NCBI GenBank assembly: GCA_039208735.1
Contig: JBCCQY010000223.1
Location: 1-11,926, forward strand
Reading direction: 5' to 3'
Source of the DNA: Myxococcota bacterium
Lineage (GTDB): Bacteria; Myxococcota_A; UBA796; GCA-2862545
DNA: 11,926 bases
Every line of letters begins with the position of its first letter. Within the stretch, counting starts at the first letter, position 1. The notes under the pieces were generated by a model, which saw nothing but the letters and a program-made list of their open reading frames with translations, did not search any database and was not told the DNA's origin. The translations under genes were made by a program, and so were the position numbers. Shown here in pieces: positions 1 through 6,200 of the stretch.

Positions 1-110
1 ACCAGGGACACACCAAGACCGGTGTTCAGTGGTTCGTTCCGGTCTAGCTCTGCCCACTCCGACCCATGAAGATCCGCGCCACTACGTGACGATCGCGTTC
101 CGGTGGGATT

Positions 111-143
111 CGCGGCAGACTGCCGCGTTGATACCGGATACCG
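111..143. repeat. Perfect 8-1-8 palindrome followed by a tandem heptamer, just downstream of the integrase stop
   Basis: CGCGGCAG-A-CTGCCGCG at 111-127; GATACCG-GATACCG at 130-143. CGTTCCGGT also occurs twice (35-43, 96-104). Confidence 0.55.
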
Positions 144-157
144 CGCCGACCTCGCAG

Positions 158-1309
158 CTAGACCAGCGCAAAGGCCTTGACGTGGTCCACCAGATGAGAT
201 GGAGGCGGCCGCTCGTAGACCTTCTTCAACATCGCTTCGCTCGCGTGCCGCATCACTCGGCGGGCAACATCCAGCTTAATGCCGAGCGACCACGCAATGG
301 TCGCGAAGCTGTGGCGTAGGAGGTTGGGGGTGACGTGACGGGTGATGCCTGCAGCGGTGACGCAGCGGGTGAGGGCCTTGCGGTAGCCTTGAGGCCCGTA
401 CGGTCCGCGTCGGCCCCGAAACACGTGACCACTCGCGGGGCGACCGGTGGCCTCCCATCGATCGCGCAGATGAGCGTGGGCGATGGGCGTCAGCGGAATG
501 GTCTCACTCGACAGCTCGGTCTTCGTGCCGCGAACGTCAAGCAATCGCTCGTCCCAGTCTACATCTTCCCAGTGGACTTGGACCAGCTCGGCTGGCCTCA
601 GGCCGAGGCCCACCCCAACCGCCCACATGACGCGGTGCATCGGATCGGAAACCTCGAGCAACCCCCTCAACTCATCAAGCGTCAGGGGAGGAACTTTCGC
701 CTTTACGCCGCGCGTTGAACCCTTGATGCGAAAGATGCCAAGATCCGGCTTCGTGGCGATGTGCTGCCGCCGGTACGCATACATCAAACAGGCCTGAATG
801 GCAGCTCGGACCAGGCGTTTGTAGTTGCCACTTGCCGATTCGCCTTTTCGAGGCCCACGCACGACCATCAGCCCGTCAACCAGATCCGCAACCAGGAACG
901 GGCTCACCTTGCCAACCGGCACGTCCCCAATCTGCTCCACGATGCGCGTCCAATAGCCGCGCTCACTCCGCCACGTTCGCGGTGCCTCGTTCGACCGCCA
1001 AGGCCCGTAGATCTGTTCGACGTACGCCTCAAGCGACCAGGTGGCGTAATCCGGATCCACGTCTGCCAGCTCGAGTCCGCCATCGTCCATCAAGAAAGTG
1101 AGCGCCGCAGATGGTCGATCCTGGTGTAGTTCCAGTACCCGAGCAATCGAGCCATGGTCTTGCTCGATTTGGATGCGCACAAGCGCTCTTTTGGCCGCCT
1201 CCACGTCGACGTAGGCAAGCGCCAACTTGATTCGGCCTTGCCTGCGCCCACGATTAAGCCGGTAGTAGGTCCCTTTGGCCCGGGACACACCTTCAAGCGA
1301 CCACTTCAT
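158..1309 (-). CDS. Tyrosine recombinase / phage-type integrase (~383 aa; alternative TTG start at 1339 gives 393 aa)
   Basis: Catalytic motifs in order: GLGLRPAEL (R), VRGTKT (K), PNLLRHSFAT (HxxR box, here NxxR), MRHAS (H), KKVYERP (Y, codon 215-217). Basic N-terminal arm-binding-like segment and helical core-binding region. The ATG at 1309 is preceded by AGAGAGG. Confidence 0.93.
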   Translation of the reverse strand: MKWSLEGVSRAKGTYYRLNRGRRQGRIKLALAYVDVEAAKRALVRIQIEQDHGSIARVLELHQDRPSAALTFLMDDGGLELADVDPDYATWSLEAYVEQIYGPWRSNEAPRTWRSERGYWTRIVEQIGDVPVGKVSPFLVADLVDGLMVVRGPRKGESASGNYKRLVRAAIQACLMYAYRRQHIATKPDLGIFRIKGSTRGVKAKVPPLTLDELRGLLEVSDPMHRVMWAVGVGLGLRPAELVQVHWEDVDWDERLLDVRGTKTELSSETIPLTPIAHAHLRDRWEATGRPASGHVFRGRRGPYGPQGYRKALTRCVTAAGITRHVTPNLLRHSFATIAWSLGIKLDVARRVMRHASEAMLKKVYERPPPSHLVDHVKAFALV

Positions 1310-1342
1310 CGATCCTCTCTTGGCGCTTGGGCTAACCAAGGA

Positions 1343-1359
1343 GTCCCCCCAGGGGGGAC
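1343..1359. repeat. Perfect 8-1-8 palindrome between tRNA 3' end and integrase start (hairpin or protein-binding site)
   Basis: GTCCCCCC-A-GGGGGGAC; no clear U-tract on either side. Confidence 0.55.
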
Positions 1360-1403
1360 ATTCGCGGGGATGAGCGATTCGCTGATTGCGGAGGTTTAAG
1401 GTA

Positions 1404-1476
1404 AGGCGAGAATCGGACTTGAACCGACGACCTGCTGATTACGAATCAGCTGCTCTACCAACTGAGCTACCTCGCC
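1404..1476 (-). tRNA. tRNA-Thr: tRNA-Thr (anticodon CGT), 73 nt, CCA not encoded
   Basis: Minus strand folds as GGCGAGG TA GCTC AGTTGGTA GAGC A GCTGA TTCGTAA TCAGC AGGTC GTCGG TTCAAGT CCGAT TCTCGCC T: all four stems pair, with canonical D and T loops, anticodon CGT and discriminator U. Confidence 0.96.
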
Positions 1477-1486
1477 ACAGGCCAAG

Positions 1487-1515
1487 CACCTAACGGTGGC
1501 CCCTGAGGTCGTCAA
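1487..1515 (-). promoter_or_regulatory. Putative primary-sigma promoter for the tRNA
   Basis: TTGACG (1515-1510), 17-nt spacer, TAGGTG (1492-1487), ending 10 nt before the mature tRNA 5' end. Confidence 0.55.
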
Positions 1516-1587
1516 CGCTTCGAACGCGCCCCATCGGAGTCGGCGTCGGCCCTGTGCCAAAGCAGGAATCCGAACCATCCTCGGTCG

Positions 1588-1616
1588 TTGACTACGTCGG
1601 AGGTCGACGGTAAGTG
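1588..1616 (+). promoter_or_regulatory. Putative primary-sigma promoter, probably giving a leaderless mRNA for the 1622 CDS
   Basis: TTGACT (1588-1593), 17-nt spacer, TAAGTG (1611-1616), then 5 nt to the ATG at 1622. Confidence 0.55.
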
Positions 1617-1621
1617 CGCGC

Positions 1622-3094
1622 ATGCAAATCTTGACGATCCTGGGTCTGGCTTGGTCGGGTGCCGCCTTCGGCGCAGAACCCTTGTTCGTTCCTTCGTTCA
1701 CGCCAAATACGCCTGATGAGGCCGCCCTGGCGCGCCAACTCGAGCAGGCCGTGGTCGCGCAGCTGCAGAAGGATGGGCACATCGTCATCGATGCGGGGGT
1801 TGCGAGCACCGTGGTGCCGCCCAGCGCCATCGATCGATGCGCGGTTCTTCCCACCTGCCCGAGCGAAGTCCTGCCCCAGTTGCCGGCTCGATTCTCGGTC
1901 GTTGCTCGCATCGACCGACTGTCGGACGGCACCATCCTGGGACACGTCGAGTACTACCAAACGGCTCGCAAAGAGGCCATTCGCATCACCGACGCCTCGG
2001 TAGCCCGAGACGAAGGGCAACCCTTTGCGGAAGAAGTCGCGCGGACCACGGCCGAGGTCATCGGCGAAACCGGACCCAGCACCGATGCCATGCGCGATGC
2101 GGCGCGCAAGCTCATCGCCGATGCAAAGACCCCGGCGCCTGCCGCTCCGAGCCCCGCTCCCGAAGCCCCCTCCGAAGCGCCCCCCGACCTGCCGACGGAA
2201 ACCCCAACGCCCGAACCCACCGAGGACCCCAAAACAGAAGAGACCAAGCCTGAAATGATGGCAGGTCCTCGAGGTGACGGCAGCGAGCCCCACACCCTGC
2301 CCATCGACGAGCTGATCGCGGGCACGAGCGTAAAGCGTCGCTACCTGATCGGTGCCGAGCGCCACTTCAAGAAGTCCGGCCTCGATCCTCGGGACTACAT
2401 GTACGTGGCGACGCCGCACGCCGGCAGGGTGACCATCGAAGTTCGCGCGGGCTTTGGCAGCGGCGACATCAACCGACAAGCAAGGCTACGCGCCGAAGTC
2501 ACCGATGCCGAACAAACCAACGCCTGGTATCGCGAAGGACCGGCCGCGGGACAGAGCTTCCGCGGTGAACTCGTGGTCGGTTACGCGCCGGCTACGTTTA
2601 TCGACATTGGGGTTCTGTTCGGCTTGCAGTATGGCGAACGCATCGTCACCAACGGGGTCTACACGACGTTTGCAGAGTCTGATCAAGTCGAGCAACGCAG
2701 CAGTCGGGCCGATGAAACGCTGTCGCTCAACGTGTACCTCCAACCTCGGCTTCGCGTCTTCCTCGTCCCCTTCGGCCCGGCGAAACCGTTCCTGGTAGGT
2801 GGCGTAGAGGTCCGGTTCTTCGATGGCTATCCCATCGCCCAGCCCGAAGAGGTGACCTACCTGCTTCCCGAGTCCGGATTCGTACCCGGAGGGGTGTTCG
2901 GCGGAGGCATGATGATCGATGCAGGCCCTATCGTCGGCCTCTTCGCAGAAGCGACGTATACCCGTCACTTTGGACTTCGGTCCGCGCCCTTCGAAGACAC
3001 CTCGGTGGGTCCCTGGGACTACACGGAGTCGCCCTTCAACGCCACGGATTCTGCCACCATCGCCATCAATGGCGGAGTGCAGTTCCGACTCTGA
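1622..3094 (+). CDS. Secreted outer-membrane protein: signal peptide, alpha/beta N-domain with Cx5C, Pro/Glu-rich linker, C-terminal ~8-stranded beta-barrel (490 aa)
   Basis: Signal peptide MQILTILGLAWSGAAFG|AE; CAVLPTC (1838-1858); linker ~2129-2254; amphipathic strands RVTIEVRAG, FRGELVVGY, IDIGVLFGL, VYLQPRLRVF, KPFLVGGVEV, GGVFGGGMMI, VGLFAEATY and terminal INGGVQFRL resembling a BAM beta-signal. Confidence 0.8.
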   Translation: MQILTILGLAWSGAAFGAEPLFVPSFTPNTPDEAALARQLEQAVVAQLQKDGHIVIDAGVASTVVPPSAIDRCAVLPTCPSEVLPQLPARFSVVARIDRLSDGTILGHVEYYQTARKEAIRITDASVARDEGQPFAEEVARTTAEVIGETGPSTDAMRDAARKLIADAKTPAPAAPSPAPEAPSEAPPDLPTETPTPEPTEDPKTEETKPEMMAGPRGDGSEPHTLPIDELIAGTSVKRRYLIGAERHFKKSGLDPRDYMYVATPHAGRVTIEVRAGFGSGDINRQARLRAEVTDAEQTNAWYREGPAAGQSFRGELVVGYAPATFIDIGVLFGLQYGERIVTNGVYTTFAESDQVEQRSSRADETLSLNVYLQPRLRVFLVPFGPAKPFLVGGVEVRFFDGYPIAQPEEVTYLLPESGFVPGGVFGGGMMIDAGPIVGLFAEATYTRHFGLRSAPFEDTSVGPWDYTESPFNATDSATIAINGGVQFRL

Positions 3095-3126
3095 ATCGGA
3101 CATCGTCGCACACGCGCCCCCGGAGC

Positions 3127-3156
3127 CGCCGTCCATTAGAAGGATGGCGTATTCTC
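3127..3156 (+). terminator. Possible weak intrinsic terminator/attenuator hairpin between the OMP and TPR genes
   Basis: CGCCGTCC-ATTAGAA-GGATGGCG (8-bp stem with one G-U) followed by TATTCTC, an imperfect U-tract. Confidence 0.35.
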
Positions 3157-3205
3157 ACACCGCGCCGGCAAGAACGGCTGGTCGCGGCGCCACACGGGGG
3201 GCAAC

Positions 3206-6200
3206 GTGGGCAACAAGAAGCACGATCGCGAAGTCGAAGCCGATTTCTTCGGTGATGACGATCTGGGATGGCTCGACGACGACGAACAAGACGAAGGGAG
3301 CGCGGCGGAGAAGCAGTCCGCCTCAAAGGCCGACACGGTCCTCTTCTCGTCACAGGCAACGCTACCCCCAGGTCCGGCCACCACACCCCCAACGCCGCCG
3401 CCGATGGCGCCTCCGGCGCTTCCCGACGAGGCTCCACCGCCGCTGCCTCCTTCGGCGGCCGCTTCGCCGGATCTTCCGCCTCCCGCTCCCGAGGTGGCCC
3501 CTGCGCCGGCCCCCCCTCCGCTGCCCGTGACCCCCGAACCCCCGGTGCCGCCCCCCGCACCGAGCGCCGATCCGTTTGCCTCCGCGCCGGCAACGTCCGA
3601 GCCGGTGGCCCCACCTGCTGGATTGCCCGCCGCCGCCGCCGCATTGCCACCACCGTTCTCGGCTCGCCCCCAGCCGAGGACCGCGGCATCGCTTGGAGCC
3701 GAGCCAGAACCGCCGAAAGCACCCGCGCCCCCTCCGCCGCCCCCATCCCTGACGGCAGCCAGCGTGGTTCCCTCGAAGCCTGACGATGTCGCTCCCCCAC
3801 GGCCGGCCGAATCTCCGTCGCTCTCCCTCGATCCCGAAGTGCCCATCGAGCACGACGCTCCGAACCCATTCGCCGCCCCCGACGCGAACTGGCTCGACAC
3901 CGCGACCGACGAGGCATTCTCCATTGCCCCGCCGCCAGCCCCTGTCCCTCAAAGCCGGGAAAGTGAATTCCGGACCTTCGATCTGGCTCCGGACCTTCTT
4001 CCCGACGACGATGAGGACGACGCACCGCTGCCACCGCAGGATGACGAGCCAACGGCCAACGACGAAACGCCGTTGGACCCGCCGTTTGGAGAAATCGAGG
4101 AGCCCACCGCCGTCGATCTTCAGGATGAGCCCACGTTCTCGGACGTCGACGATGTTCCGGTGCCTGCCGCGAACCCCTTCGAGGCCGCCGCACCGGCCGC
4201 GACGACGCCAAGCCTGTTCGCGCCAACGCCTCCAGTGGTTCCCGAAGCTCCCTCGAATCCGTTTGAGGCCTCCGAACCCGTGGCAGAGGCGAGCCCATTC
4301 GAACCGGCGCCCGAACATGAGACGATAACGAACCCGTTCGAGTCTGCCGAACCCGTCGCGGCGGCCAATCCGTTCGAACCCGCACCCGAGCCGGTCCCGA
4401 GTCCGTTCGAGCCTTCGCAAGAACCGGCCGCCGATCCGACGCCGCCACTGGAGTCCTCGTCGGTGCCGCTGCCCGATCCCGAACCCCGACGACCGGCTGC
4501 CCCAAACCCCACCATCGCGTTCGCGATTGGCAGCGACGATCCCGACGATGAAAACCCGCCGCTTCCGGTTGAGGAACCGACGGCTACGGATGAGCCGGAA
4601 GACGAAGACCCACGGGTTGCCGCTCCAACGGTCGCGTTCACTCGGGCACCCGTCGACGAGGCAGCTCCCACCGTCCCCTTCGCGGTGAAAGCAAAGGCCC
4701 CAGAGCCCGAGCCCGAGCCGGTCGACGATGAGCCGACGGCAGATGAGCCGATTCCCGAGATCGAGCCCGTCACCGAGGTCGAGCCTGAACTCGTGGCCGC
4801 TCACGACGATGCCGAGCCCGACGAAGACATGCCGGAACTCTCGGAAGAAACGGGTCCCGAAGTCCTCCGACCCCTCCCCGAAGCGGTCACGGCCCGGCCC
4901 ACTCCACCACCAACCCAGAAGCTGCCCACCGCCGAAGGGCCCGCTCCGGTGCGGCTGAACCAGCCCACGGAGTCCTTCAAGGTCTCGCATGAACCGGCCC
5001 GCGCAAGGGTTGTGGGCGTAGCTCCCCAGCCTCGTACCTCGATCCCCGAGCGGTCCGCTCCACCGTCGCCACCCACCGAAGAGGCCCCGTCGCTGAAGCG
5101 AGGCGCGACCCCGGCTACCGCTCCGCGGCTTCCCGACGTCCAGCCGGCAACATCCGTCTCTGCTCGGCCCAAGGCCCCTCAGGCCACCGCCCCCCTGGCG
5201 CAGCCTCGCAAGCCGAACCCCGACGCATGGCGCAAGATCATCTCGTTGCTCGTGGCAGAGTACGGGGCCGAAGACCTCCGGAATCCAAGCTCGACCCTCG
5301 ATAAATCCATCTACCTCGAGCGCGCCACGCGCATTGCGGCCCACCAGGTTGGAGACCTCGAACGGGCGGTGGAACTGTACGAACGAGCGCGTGAGGCCGG
5401 TCGCAAGACCTCGGTGTTGCTGCGCACCCACGCCGAAGTTCTCGGCCGGCTGCATCGGTACTCCGAGCAGCTCACGCTCCTCGCCGAACTCGGCGACATG
5501 TTGGAAGGGCCCGCCCGCGCCGGAGCCCTCCTCGAAGCCGGATTGGTGGCCTGGCGCCGCCTCAACCAGCCCGAAGACGCCGTGCAACACCTCCGTCGCG
5601 CCGCCGCGGCGGAACCACGGAACTACACGGCCCGTGCACTCCTCCGCGCCCTGTTGCCCCGCATCCCCGGGGTCGACCCCGCCGAGCGCCTGAAGCTGCT
5701 GGATGAGCTTGCGGAACTTGGCGAAGGCGGCATTGCGGCCGACATGTACGTCGAAGCAGCCACCGTGGCCGATGAAGCCGGAGATGCGAAAGGCGGCCGC
5801 CAGCGTCTCCGCAAGGCCCTTGCGGCGGAACCTGGGCACACCTCGGCGTTCCTTCGTCTCGAGCAGGCCCTCTTCCCAGATCCGCCCGCCCTCGCGGAGC
5901 TGTACCGCACCGAAGCCAACCGTCCCGGTCAAATCGAAGCGGGATGGTGGCACGCCGAAGCCGCCCGCGCCTACCAGCGCGCGGGAATGATGGAAGAGGC
6001 GGTCGCGGGCTTCAACGCAGCGGTGTCTGGAGGCTACCCCTACGCGCTTCGCGAATTGCAGGGTGGCTACATCCAAAACGGCTCTTGGACCGAACTCGAA
6101 GATGCGTTGTCGCGCGAGGCGGATGCCCTTGGACCCGAGGACGGCCAGGCCTACACGCTGTACCGCCTCGGCTGGCTGCGGGAATCGCGCCTCGACGCCC

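Larger units (their letters stand above)
1..1403 (-). mobile_element. tRNA-proximal end of a probable integrative element (genomic island/prophage) inserted at tRNA-Thr; extends beyond the left edge of the window
   Basis: Tyrosine integrase starts ~95 nt downstream of the tRNA 3' end and reads away from it, the classic layout for tRNA-targeting elements. No second copy of the tRNA 3' end (other att site) is visible in 1-157. Confidence 0.7.

Noticed and set aside
29..319. 96-aa plus-strand ORF as excisionase or regulator
   Set aside because: Overlaps the integrase catalytic end in antisense and shows no HTH-like pattern.
1404..1476. Genome-wide reassignment of the ACG codon
   Set aside because: ACG encodes conserved Thr in sigma region 4 (GTV) and integrase TKT, and interchanges with ACC in repeated EPT motifs.
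1599..1603. GGAGG as Shine-Dalgarno for the 1622 CDS
   Set aside because: 18 nt from the ATG and inside the predicted promoter spacer.
1396..2479. Minus-strand ORFs of 179 and 295 aa
   Set aside because: They run through the tRNA and/or antisense to the well-supported OMP gene; no protein-like features.
4253..4430. ~36-bp periodicity as a CRISPR array
   Set aside because: Units are in frame, degenerate at synonymous positions and have no unique spacers; no cas genes in the window. It is a peptide repeat.
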